A DNA stretch of 53,659 bases from Deltaproteobacteria bacterium (GTDB lineage Bacteria > Desulfobacterota > Deferrisomatia > Deferrisomatales > JACRMM01): assembly GCA_037446775.1 (NCBI GenBank), contig JBBIIA010000011.1, positions 1-53,659 on the forward strand, in the 5' to 3' direction. A program made the translations under genes and the position numbers. Every line of letters starts with the position of its first letter. Positions within the stretch are counted from its first letter, which is position 1. Under the pieces are notes generated by a model, which ran no database searches, was not told the origin of the DNA, and was given only the letters and a program-made list of their open reading frames with translations. Below are positions 18,046-26,741 of the stretch, piece by piece.

Positions 18046-18818
18046 AGGACACCTCCCTTCTCCCGCAAGACCCCCACGACCCGGGCCGCCACCTCGTCGG
18101 GGGAGCCCTCGAACCGCTCGGCCTCCCGGCCGGGGGGCGGCGGTTCCAGGCCCTCCAGGGTCAGGAGGCCGCCGAGCTTTCCGGTGCTCCCGGGGCCCAG
18201 CCCCGTGACCTCGATCGGCTTGGAGCGGGCCTTGCGGATGCCCAGGACCGACACGTACCGGGGGGCGTTGAGGCCGGTCTGCACCGTCACCAGGGCCGGC
18301 AGCCGGAGCTCCACCACCTCGGTCCAGCCCCCCTCCAGCTCCCGGTGGCACCGGGCCCGCCCGTCCGCCACCTCCAGGCGGTTCACCAGGGTCGCCGCGG
18401 GTACCCCCAGCAGGGTCGCCAGGGTCGGCCCGACGATGCCGTACCCGTCGTCGGAAGCGAGCGCCCCGCACAGGTACAGGTCGAACCGCTCGCCCCCCAG
18501 GGCGGCGGCCAGGACCGCGGCAGCCCCCCCGGGGCCCGGGTCGGCCAGGGCGGGGTCCCACACCCGCACCGCCCGGTCGGCCCCCACCGCCAGGCACCGC
18601 CGCAGGCTCTCCTCGGCCTCCTCGGGTCCCAGCAGGAATGCCGTGAGGCTACCCCCGCTGGCTTCCTTGAGGCGCACCGCCTCCTCGAGGGCAAACCGGT
18701 CCCACTCGTTCATCTGGTACGGCAGCCCCGACGCCTTGAGCGACCGGCCATCCGCCGCCACCTGCAAATCGGCCTCGGCGGTGTCGGGCACATGCTTCAC
18801 AAAAACCGCAATGTTCAT
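18042..18818 (-). CDS. etfB: Electron transfer flavoprotein beta subunit
   Basis: VKHVPD, MNEWDRFALEEAVRLKE, GADRA, RELEGG, NAPRY. Confidence 0.95.
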   Translation of the reverse strand: MNIAVFVKHVPDTAEADLQVAADGRSLKASGLPYQMNEWDRFALEEAVRLKEASGGSLTAFLLGPEEAEESLRRCLAVGADRAVRVWDPALADPGPGGAAAVLAAALGGERFDLYLCGALASDDGYGIVGPTLATLLGVPAATLVNRLEVADGRARCHRELEGGWTEVVELRLPALVTVQTGLNAPRYVSVLGIRKARSKPIEVTGLGPGSTGKLGGLLTLEGLEPPPPGREAERFEGSPDEVAARVVGVLREKGGVL

Positions 18819-18834
18819 ATCGCCTCCTTGGGAA

Positions 18835-18995
18835 GGGGTTTTTTGACAGGATAACAGGATAAAATCGGATAGATCTCTTTTGTGGCCCTATGCGATTCCA
18901 AGAGAACGCGGCTCGTTCTGGCACAACAAACGAAAAGCCTTGTTTTATCCCGATCTTATCCTGCTCTTATCCTGTTATCCTGTCAAAAAAACCCC
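18835..18995. repeat. Non-coding inverted-repeat element related to the GxxExxY cassette ends
   Basis: TTGACAGGATAACAGGATAA (18843-18862) / TTATCCTGTTATCCTGTCAA (18967-18986), extended by GGGGTTTT / AAAAACCCC; AT-rich core. Confidence 0.8.
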
Positions 18996-18996
18996 G

Positions 18997-20142
18997 TCAA
19001 GCCAAAGCCCGAGCTACCAACTCCGCCAAGTCGATTACTTCGAGTTTCTCTTCCAGGCCCGTGGTCTTGCGGGCGTCTTCGAGGGTGAGGAGGCAAAAGG
19101 GGCAGGCGGTCACCACCGCGTCGACGCCGAGGTCCGCCGCGTCCCGGACCCGGCGCTGGGCGTTGCGCTCGCCCTCCCCCAGGCCCTCGAGCCACATGCG
19201 GCCGCCGCCGCCTTCGCAGCAGAGGCTCCGCTCCCGGCACCGGTCGAACTCCACCAGCTCCACCCCCGGCACCGCCCGGAGCACCGCCCGGGGTTCCTCG
19301 TACACCCCCGCCTGCTTCCCCAGGTAGCAGGGGTCGTGGTAGGCGACCCGCAGCGGCACCGGACGCTCCAGGGGGAGCCGCCCCTCGGCCAGGAGCCCGG
19401 CCAGGGCTTGGGCGTAGTGGAGGACAGGCGTGTCGAGACCGTAGTCGTCCCGGAAGGTGGCCGCGCAGTGGGGCGAGGTGGCCACGATCTCCCGGAACCC
19501 CAGCTCCCGGAAGGTCTCCCGGTTGGTCTCCCGGAGCTCCTCGAAGAGCCCCAGCTCCCCGAGGCGCAGCACCTCGCTGCCGCAGCAGGTCTCGTCGTTG
19601 CCGAGGGTGGTGTAGTCGTAGCCGGCGGCCGCGAAGAGCTGCGCCAGGGCCCGGGCCATGGCCTGGCACCGGGGATCGTAAGCGGCGGCGCACTCCACGA
19701 ACCACAAGCGCTCGGACTCGTGGCCCTCGGCCAGGGACCGGACCGGGACGCCCTCCTCGGCCCAGGCCGAGCGCTTCTGGCGGGACCGGCCCCAGGGGTT
19801 CCCGTGCTTCAAGCTCGACTCCAGGGCCGCCATGGCGGTCTCCGGGATGCGGCCCCCCTCGACCTTGAGGGTGCGGATCGCCCGGACCACCTCCACCGGC
19901 TTGAGCTCGCGGGGGCAGCGGTCGGCGCAGGTGCGGCACGCGGTGCAGTCCCACACCTCGTCCCGGTCCAGGAGCTCCTCCCCGTCCTCGCGCACCAGGG
20001 ACTCGTACAGCAGCCGCCGGGAGTTCAGGGGCGACCGCAGGCTCATCGGGCACCCCCCCGTGCACCGCCCACACTGCAGGCACGCAGCCAGCTCGAACCG
20101 CTCGGCCAGGGGAACGCCCTCGATGTCACTCAGCTTCGCCAC
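18997..20142 (-). CDS. HdrD/BamD-like Fe-S oxidoreductase (2x[4Fe-4S], two CCG domains)
   Basis: CLQCGRCTGGCP, CTACRTCADRCP, GNPWG, ETCCG, YHDPCYLG, LCCEGGGG, TACPFC; start GTG 20142 with SD GAGG. Confidence 0.88.
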   Translation of the reverse strand: MAKLSDIEGVPLAERFELAACLQCGRCTGGCPMSLRSPLNSRRLLYESLVREDGEELLDRDEVWDCTACRTCADRCPRELKPVEVVRAIRTLKVEGGRIPETAMAALESSLKHGNPWGRSRQKRSAWAEEGVPVRSLAEGHESERLWFVECAAAYDPRCQAMARALAQLFAAAGYDYTTLGNDETCCGSEVLRLGELGLFEELRETNRETFRELGFREIVATSPHCAATFRDDYGLDTPVLHYAQALAGLLAEGRLPLERPVPLRVAYHDPCYLGKQAGVYEEPRAVLRAVPGVELVEFDRCRERSLCCEGGGGRMWLEGLGEGERNAQRRVRDAADLGVDAVVTACPFCLLTLEDARKTTGLEEKLEVIDLAELVARALA

Positions 20143-20182
20143 TCGGGGTCCTCTTTGACAAGTCGACGGGACAGGGGACGAC

Positions 20183-20325
20183 GGGGGTTTCTTGACAGGA
20201 TAACAGGATAAGATCTGATGGGGTTTGTTTGGGTTCCATCTATTGATGGAGTTGCCACCCAGCGATCCCAAGAATTATCCTGTATTTATCCTGCTTTTCA
20301 TCCTGTTATCCTGTCCAAAACCCCC
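20183..20325. repeat. Second non-coding inverted-repeat element of the same family
   Basis: TTGACAGGATAACAGGATAA (20192-20211) and ATCCTGTTATCCTGTC (20300-20315); four ATCCTG units on the right arm. Confidence 0.8.
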
Positions 20326-20331
20326 CGGAAC

Positions 20332-21483
20332 TCAGACCTTCCCAAGAAGAGATCTAGCGACGATCTGCTTCTCCACTTCCTTGGTGCCTTCGTAGATCTC
20401 GACGATCTTGGCGTCTCGGTAGAAGCGTTCGACGTCGTTTTCGGCCAGGTAGCCGTAGCCACCGTGGAGCTGCAGCGCCTCGTCGGCGACCCGTACGCCG
20501 GTTTCGCCCGCCAGCCACTTGGCCATGGCGATCAGGCCGTGGTCCGTGATGCCGCTATCCACCAGGGCCGCGGCGCGGTACACCAGCCACCGGGCGGCCT
20601 CGACCCGGGTCGCCATCTCGGCGATCTTGAACTGGACCCCCTGGAGCGCCGCCAGGGGGCGGCCGAACTGCTCCCTTGCCTTCACGTGGCGCACCGCCTT
20701 GTCCAGGGCCCCCTGGCCCACCCCCACCCCCTGGGCCGCCACGTGGAGCCGGGTGCGATTGAAGAACTCCATGAACTGGGCAAACCCCTGGCCCCGTCGG
20801 CCGAGCAGGTTCGCGGCCGGCACCCGCACGTCCCGAAGGACCACCTCGGCGGTGTCCGAGGCCCGGATGCCGAGCTTGCCCTTGAGCTTGGTGGCCTGGT
20901 AGCCGGGCCGGTCGGTCTCGACCATCAGGCACGAGTGGCGGGAGTGGCGCGAGGGGGCGTGGGGCTCGGTGAGGCAGAAGACCACCAGGTAGTCGGCCAC
21001 CGTGCCGTTGGTGATGAAGACCTTGGTGCCGTTGAGCACCCACTCGTCGCCATCGAGCACCGCGGTGGTGGCCACGGCGGCGATGTCGCTGCCCGCGTCG
21101 GGCTCGGTGATGGCGGCGCCCATGATGGCGTCGCCGGTGGTGAGCGGCGGCAGGTACCGCTGCTTCTGCTCCTCGGTGCCGTAGAGGAGCAGGAGGTCGG
21201 CGCCGAAGGTCACCGACCCCAGGGCCTGACCCAGGCCCGGGTCGGCCCGCCAGAACTCCTCCACCGCGAGGCAGAAGTCCAGGTAGCCGAGGCCCGCGCC
21301 GCCGTACGCCTCGGGGAAGAAGAGCCCGGCGAAGCCGAGCTCGGCGGCCATCTTGTACAGCTCCCGGGGGCACTCCTCCCGGGCGTCGGCCTCCCGGGCC
21401 CGCTGGGGGAACTCCCCCTGGGCGAACTCCCGGGCGGCCTTTTGGATGTCGCGCTGCTCGGCGGTGAGGGCAAACTGGCTCAT
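20332..21483 (-). CDS. Acyl-CoA dehydrogenase
   Basis: ITEPDAGSD, LNGTKVFITNG, KLGIRASDT, REQFGRP, LQLHGGYGY, YRDAKIVEIYEGT. Confidence 0.95.
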   Translation of the reverse strand: MSQFALTAEQRDIQKAAREFAQGEFPQRAREADAREECPRELYKMAAELGFAGLFFPEAYGGAGLGYLDFCLAVEEFWRADPGLGQALGSVTFGADLLLLYGTEEQKQRYLPPLTTGDAIMGAAITEPDAGSDIAAVATTAVLDGDEWVLNGTKVFITNGTVADYLVVFCLTEPHAPSRHSRHSCLMVETDRPGYQATKLKGKLGIRASDTAEVVLRDVRVPAANLLGRRGQGFAQFMEFFNRTRLHVAAQGVGVGQGALDKAVRHVKAREQFGRPLAALQGVQFKIAEMATRVEAARWLVYRAAALVDSGITDHGLIAMAKWLAGETGVRVADEALQLHGGYGYLAENDVERFYRDAKIVEIYEGTKEVEKQIVARSLLGKV

Positions 21484-21490
21484 GGCTGGG

Positions 21491-22078
21491 TCACTCCCTG
21501 GGCGGGCCCTGGAGCCCGAAGGAGAAGAGGTGGGTAAAGTCGTCGGCGAGCTTTTCCGGGTTGACTCGGCCGGCGGGGTCGTACCAGGTGAAGATCCAGT
21601 TCATGCCGCCCAACAAGGCGAAGGCCACCGAGGTCTCGTCCAGGGCGGTGCCCGGGTGCTCGGCCAGGAGGTCCCGGACGATCCCCCGCAGGATCCCCAG
21701 GTACTCCCGCTGGCGGCCGAGGATCACCTCCCTACGGTCCGGGCCGAGGGAGGCCACCTCGGTGGACATGATCGTCAGCTCGTGGGGGTGGGCGGCGAAG
21801 AACCGGACGTAGCGGCCGATGAGCGCCCGGAGCTTCTCCAGGGGAGAGACCGGGCTCGCCGCGACCTCCGTGAGGTCCGCCATCACCCGATCCATGACGA
21901 ACGAGGTGATCTCGAAGAGCAGCTCGTCCTTGGACCGGTAGTAGTAGTACAGGGCCGGCTTGGTCACCCCCAGGGCCTCGGCGACCTCCTGGAGGCTCGA
22001 GCGGCCGTACCCCTTGGTGGCGAACACCCGGGCGGCGGCTTCAAAGATCTGGGTCTTGCGGTCTTCGGCGTGGCTCAC
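21491..22078 (-). CDS. TetR/AcrR family regulator (KstR2/PaaR-like C-terminus)
   Basis: IFEAAARVFATKGY..SLQEVAEALGVTKPALYYYYRSKDELL; GGMNWIFTWY. Confidence 0.93.
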   Translation of the reverse strand: MSHAEDRKTQIFEAAARVFATKGYGRSSLQEVAEALGVTKPALYYYYRSKDELLFEITSFVMDRVMADLTEVAASPVSPLEKLRALIGRYVRFFAAHPHELTIMSTEVASLGPDRREVILGRQREYLGILRGIVRDLLAEHPGTALDETSVAFALLGGMNWIFTWYDPAGRVNPEKLADDFTHLFSFGLQGPPRE

Positions 22079-22091
22079 GGCAACTCCTTAC

Positions 22092-22132
22092 TTACCGGAC
22101 AGTAAAATACCGGGCCTGCCGACCCTCGTCAA
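22092..22132 (-). promoter_or_regulatory. Sigma70-like promoter with overlapping candidate TetR operator
   Basis: Minus-strand TTGACG(22132-22127)-17 bp-TATTTT(22109-22104); TTAC-CGGACA-GTAA dyad at 22092-22105. Confidence 0.5.
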
Positions 22133-22160
22133 GGCCAATCCCTGGCCTCGCCGGGGCGCG

Positions 22161-23177
22161 ATGGCCTACACTGATCGGGTGGAGGCGCCAGCCCGGGCCG
22201 GCAGGGACCAAGCCGGAGGCCAGGGGCTCTTGTATCACGCGGGGGGCCTGGGAGACTTCGTTCTGTCTCTCCCGGCCGTGGCCCGGGTGATCCAGGCCCA
22301 CCCCGGCCTGGCCTGGAGCTACTGGGGGCGCCCCGAGCGCCTGGCACTCCTGCCCGGCTTCGCCCCGGCACCCCCGGCGCTTCTGCGCGTCGGCCACGCC
22401 CTGTGGGGCGAGGGGTCAGCGCCCGAAGCGGTGGACGCCCTCTCCCCCTTCGGGGTCGTCCTCGCCTTCGGGGGGCGCGAGGCCCCGGGATGGGCCCGCC
22501 GACTGGGGCCCCGAGGGGTCGGCGTGGCGAGCTTTCCCGGGGCCGGGGGCGCCTGGGTGCCCCACCACCAGGCGCGGCAGCTCGCCGCCCTGGGGGCGCC
22601 CCGGGTCCCGTCCCCGTGGCTGGGGTCCTGGCGCCGCCGGGTCCTCCCCGGCCGAGCTCCCCGGGAGATCCTCCTCCACCCGGGGAGCGGGGATCGCCGC
22701 AAGAACCTGCCCGTCGGCACCTGGCGCGAAACCCTCGCCCGCCTGGCCGAGCCGGGTTCCCTCCCGACCCGGCTCCTCCTGGGCCCGGCGGAAGCCGAGC
22801 GCGGCGGCTGGGAGCCCCTGGCCGCCGAGGTCGACGCGGTGACCCCCTGCCAAACCCTGGCCGACCTGCTGGGGGTCCTGGCCGGCGCCGCCCTCTTCCT
22901 CGGCAACGACGGGGGCGTCACCCACCTCGCCGCCGCCCTGGGGGTGCCGACGGTCGCCGCCTTCGGGCCCACCGACCCGCGCCTGTGGCACCCCCTCGGG
23001 CCTCGGGTGACGATCCTCCGGGCGCGCCGGGCGTGCGCTCCGTGCACCGCGGGGGAGCCGATCCTTTGCGAGGCCCCGGCCTGCCTCGGGGAGGTGAGGG
23101 CCGAGGCCCTCGCCGCGGCCGCCCGGGCCCACCTCGGGCGCGGGCTCACGCCCGGGGAGGTGCCGGCCGAAGGGTAG
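22161..23177 (+). CDS. Glycosyltransferase family 9 (heptosyltransferase-like)
   Basis: GGLGDFVLSLP, LHPGSG, LFLGNDGGVTHLAAALGVPTVAAFGPTDP; start approximate. Confidence 0.88.
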   Translation: MAYTDRVEAPARAGRDQAGGQGLLYHAGGLGDFVLSLPAVARVIQAHPGLAWSYWGRPERLALLPGFAPAPPALLRVGHALWGEGSAPEAVDALSPFGVVLAFGGREAPGWARRLGPRGVGVASFPGAGGAWVPHHQARQLAALGAPRVPSPWLGSWRRRVLPGRAPREILLHPGSGDRRKNLPVGTWRETLARLAEPGSLPTRLLLGPAEAERGGWEPLAAEVDAVTPCQTLADLLGVLAGAALFLGNDGGVTHLAAALGVPTVAAFGPTDPRLWHPLGPRVTILRARRACAPCTAGEPILCEAPACLGEVRAEALAAAARAHLGRGLTPGEVPAEG

Positions 23178-23221
23178 GGGGAAGGTATCTGTCACGGAGG
23201 GGGGAACGCCACGGAGGGAGT

Positions 23222-24145
23222 GTGCGCTTCTTCGTCCTGCTCGTCGCTGCCGCCTTCGTCGGCGGCGACCCCACCGCCGCCGGGGCGGTCACCCCGCCCC
23301 CCGAACTCTCGGCCGTCGCCCGGTCTTCGCGGGTGGTCCTCTTGGGGGAGCGCCACGGCGAGCCGGCGAGCCACGCCCTCTTCCTGGCCCTGGTGCGCGA
23401 CGCGGTGGCTGCCGGGGAGCGGGTCTGGGTCGGCCTGGAGATCCCCGGCGATCGCCAGGAGGAGCTGGACCGGGCGGTGGCAGGGGAACGCCGCGGCACC
23501 GCCCTCGCCCACCCCCTGGTGGACGCGCCCTCCTACGGAGCCCTGGTGCGCGCCCTCGGGAGGCTGGGGGGGGCCTTGACGGTGCGGGCCATCGACGCGC
23601 CGGCGACCGGCGACACCCCCCGGGACCGGCACATGGCCCGGGAGGTGGCCGCGGCGGACGCCGACGGAGCGGTCGACCGGGTGCTGGTGCTGGTGGGGAA
23701 CCTCCACGCCCTCCGGTCGATCCCCTGGGCGGCCGAGGCGGCCCCGAGCGGGCCCAAGCTCGCCGGCCTCCTGGCGGCAGAGGGGGTCGCCCTCGCCAGC
23801 ATCCTCCAGGCCTTTCCCCCGTCCTGCGTCCGGGGCCTTCGCCCCACCTTCGCCCCGCCGGGGCGGCCGGCCGCCGTCGCCGCCGTGCGCGCCCTGTGGG
23901 ACGTCCTGCACACCGAGCCGGCCGGAGACGACCGGGCGGCAACGGCTGCGGACGGCGCGGTCGCCTGGGCGTGCGTCCCCGAACGAAGGGGCGCTCCGCT
24001 AACCGGAGCGCCCCTTCTCATACAGGTCTTCGCCGAACGGTTCGCGGGGGGACTGAACCCTAGGCGGCCGAAACCTTTTCTACCCGCACCGCGCACACTT
24101 TGGTGCTGGGGGTCTTGGCCACCGGGTCGAGTTCCCGGCAGGTGA
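23222..24145 (+). CDS. Exported ChaN/EreA-like superfamily protein
   Basis: Signal peptide after SD GGAGGG; VLLGERH, VGLE, RDRHMA, VLVGNLHA; 3' end uncertain. Confidence 0.6.
   Translation: MRFFVLLVAAAFVGGDPTAAGAVTPPPELSAVARSSRVVLLGERHGEPASHALFLALVRDAVAAGERVWVGLEIPGDRQEELDRAVAGERRGTALAHPLVDAPSYGALVRALGRLGGALTVRAIDAPATGDTPRDRHMAREVAAADADGAVDRVLVLVGNLHALRSIPWAAEAAPSGPKLAGLLAAEGVALASILQAFPPSCVRGLRPTFAPPGRPAAVAAVRALWDVLHTEPAGDDRAATAADGAVAWACVPERRGAPLTGAPLLIQVFAERFAGGLNPRRPKPFLPAPRTLWCWGSWPPGRVPGR
23985..24017. terminator. 14-bp stem-loop downstream of fdh
   Basis: GAAGGGGCGCTCCG-CTAAC-CGGAGCGCCCCTTC. Confidence 0.6.
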
Positions 24146-26741
24146 GCACGTTGGTGCGGGCCTCCGTGAAGTGGAAACTCATGAAGACCGTCCCTTCGAC
24201 GCAGGCCGCCGTAACCCGGGCCCGGGCCTCGACCGCGCCCCGCCGCGACACCACCCGGATCCGGTCCCCGTCGGCCACCTCCAAGCGCCCCGCGTCGGCG
24301 GGATGGAGGTTGACCTGCTCCTCCTGGTTGAGCACGTTGAGACCGTACACCCGCCGGGTCATGGTGCCGTGGAAGTGGAACAGGTTCCGGTCGGTGGTGA
24401 GGAACAGCGGGTACTCGGCGTCCGGCGACTCGCCGGGCTCACGGTAGGCGAGGGCCCGGAACTTGCCCTTGCCGGTATCGGTGCCGAACTTCGCCGTGTG
24501 GAGGATCGGGGTGCCGGGGTGGTCGGGGGTCGGGCAGGGCCACTGGACGCCCGTCTCCTCCAGGCGCTCGTAGCTCAACCCAGCGTACGCCGGGACCAGG
24601 GAGCCGATCTCCTGGAACACCTGGGCCTGTCCCTCGTGGTCGAAGCCCGCGGCGCCCAGGCGCCGGGCCAGCTCGGAGAAGATCCAGGAGTCGGGCTTCG
24701 CGGCCCCCACCGGGTCGATGGCTCGGCGCACCCGCTGCACCCGCCGCTCGGTGTTGACGAAGGTGCCCTCCTTCTCGGCAAAGCTCGCCGCCGGGAGCAC
24801 CACGTCGGCCAGCTCGGCGGTCTCGGTGAGGAAGAGGTCCTGCACCACCAGGAACTCCGCCCGCTTCATCGACTCCACCGCGTGGTCGGCGTCGGCCTCG
24901 CTGAGGACGGGGTTCTCGCCTACGATGTAGAGGGCCTTGATGGTCCCGTCGTGGGCGGCGCTGAAGATCTCGGTGTGGGTGATCCCCGGTTTGTCGTTCA
25001 AGGGCACGCCCCAGGCCTTCTCGAACCGTGCTCGGACCCCGGCGTCGGCCACGGCCTGGTAGCCGGGGTAGACGGTGGGCAGGGCCCCCATGTCGCAGGC
25101 CCCCTGCACGTTGCTCTGGCCCCGCAGGGGGTTGACCCCCGCCGACGGCTTGCCCAGGTTGCCAGTGAGCATGGCGAGGTTCGCGAGGGCCAACACGTTG
25201 TCGGTGCCGTGGACGTGCTGGGTGATGCCCATGCAGTAGATGATGGACGCGGGGTCGTGGGTCGCGTAGCAGCGCGCCGCCTCGGCGATCTTCTCCCCTG
25301 GCACCCCGGTGATCCTCTCCGCGGTGGCCAGGTCGAAAGCGCCCAGGGACGCCTTGAAGGCTTCGTAGTCCTGGCACCGCTCCTGGACGAAGGCGTGGTC
25401 GACCAGGCCCTCGTCGACGATCACCCGCGCCATGCCCATCAGCAGGGCCACGTCCGAGCCCGGCCGGTGCTGCAGGAACAGGTGGGCGAAGCGGCACAGG
25501 TCGATTTCCTTGGGGTTGGCGACGATCAGCTTCGCCCCCCTCTCTACGGCCTCCTTGACTTCGAGGCCGAGGACGGGGTGGGCCTCGGTGGTGTTGGTGC
25601 CGATGGCGAAGATGGCGGCGGCGCCGCTCAGCTCTCGGATCGAGTTGGTCATCGCGCCGCTCCCGAACACCGTGGCCAGACCGGCCACCGTGGGGGCGTG
25701 TCAGAGTCGTGCGCAGTGGTCTATGTTGTTTGTCCCCATCACCGCCCGGGTGAACTTCTGGAGCAGGTAGTTCTCCTCGGTAGTGCACTTGGCCGAGGCG
25801 ATGACGGCGAAGGCGTCGCCCTTGTGGGCCCCGAACTTCTCCGCGACGAGGTCGAGGGCCTCGTCCCAGGTGGTCTCCACCAGGGCACCGTTCTTTCGCA
25901 CCAGGGGCGCCTTGAGGCGGTCCGGGTGGTTGACGAAGTGATAGCCGAAGCGGCCCTTCACGCACAGCCGCCCGCGGCTGGCGGCGCTCGCCTCGTCGCC
26001 CCGGGAGCGCACCAGCTTGCCGTCGCGCGCACCCAGGTACATCCCGCAGCCGCAGCCGCAAAAGGTGCAGACGGTGCGGGTCTCGTGGGTCGGCGGCAGG
26101 GCGTCCTTGGGGGTGAGGGCCCCCACCGGGCAGCGCACGATGCACTCGCCGCAGGACTCACAGGCCGACTCGATCCGCGCCTTGTCGCCGAAGCCCGCGA
26201 TCTTGGTGGCCGGGCCCCGAAAGGTGTAGTCGATGGCGCTGACCCGCTCGATCTCCTCGCAGGTGCGCACGCAGATGCCGCACAGTACGCAGCGGTTGGG
26301 GTCGAAGGTGAAGAAGGGGTTGGACTCATCCAGGGGCAGGGGCTGGGCGCGCCGCTTCAGGCGCCGCAACCGGTCCTGGTCGACCCCCACGTGCCGGGCC
26401 ACGCGCTGGAGGCCGCAGTCGGTGCTGGCACCGCAGGCCAGGCAGTTGGTCTGGTGATCCGCGATCAACAGCTCCACGGCGACCTTGCGCACCGCCTGGA
26501 TCTCGGGGGTCTCGGTGCGGACCACGAACCCCTGCTCCACGGGGGTCTTGCAGGAGATGGCGGTCCACTTACCGTTCACCTCCACCAGGCAGAGCCGGCA
26601 CACCCCCGAAGGCACCAGGTCCTTGTGGTGGCAGAGGTGGGGGATGTAGATCCCGTTGGCGAGCGCCGCCTCGAGAACGGTGGTTTTCGCGGCTGCTGTC
26701 ACCTTGCGGCCGTTGATGGTTAGTTCGACGCGGGATGCCAT
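24060..26741 (-). CDS. fdhF: Selenocysteine formate dehydrogenase alpha subunit with NuoG-like N-terminal Fe-S domains, 893 aa
   Basis: Two ORF-track pieces joined by in-frame TGA at 25701-25703 in NNIDHCARL-U-HAPTVAGL; IPHLC..CRLC, CVLCGIC, CESCGEC, CTFCGCGC, PLRGQSNVQGACD. Confidence 0.93.
25672..25688 (-). other. Bacterial SECIS hairpin
   Basis: GTGGCC-GGTCT-GGCCAC 12 nt 3' of the UGA; position and loop resemble the E. coli fdhF SECIS. Confidence 0.85.

Noticed and set aside
18919-18934. TGGCAC inside the repeat element as a sigma54 site
   Set aside because: No TTGC at -12 and wrong orientation for the operon.
18835-20325. ATCCTG repeats as a CRISPR array
   Set aside because: Units are 6-8 bp, arranged as inverted arms without regular spacers; no cas genes.
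25701-25703. Apparent nonsense mutation splitting fdh
   Set aside because: UGA sits at the catalytic Cys/Sec position with a SECIS; it is recoding, not a pseudogene.
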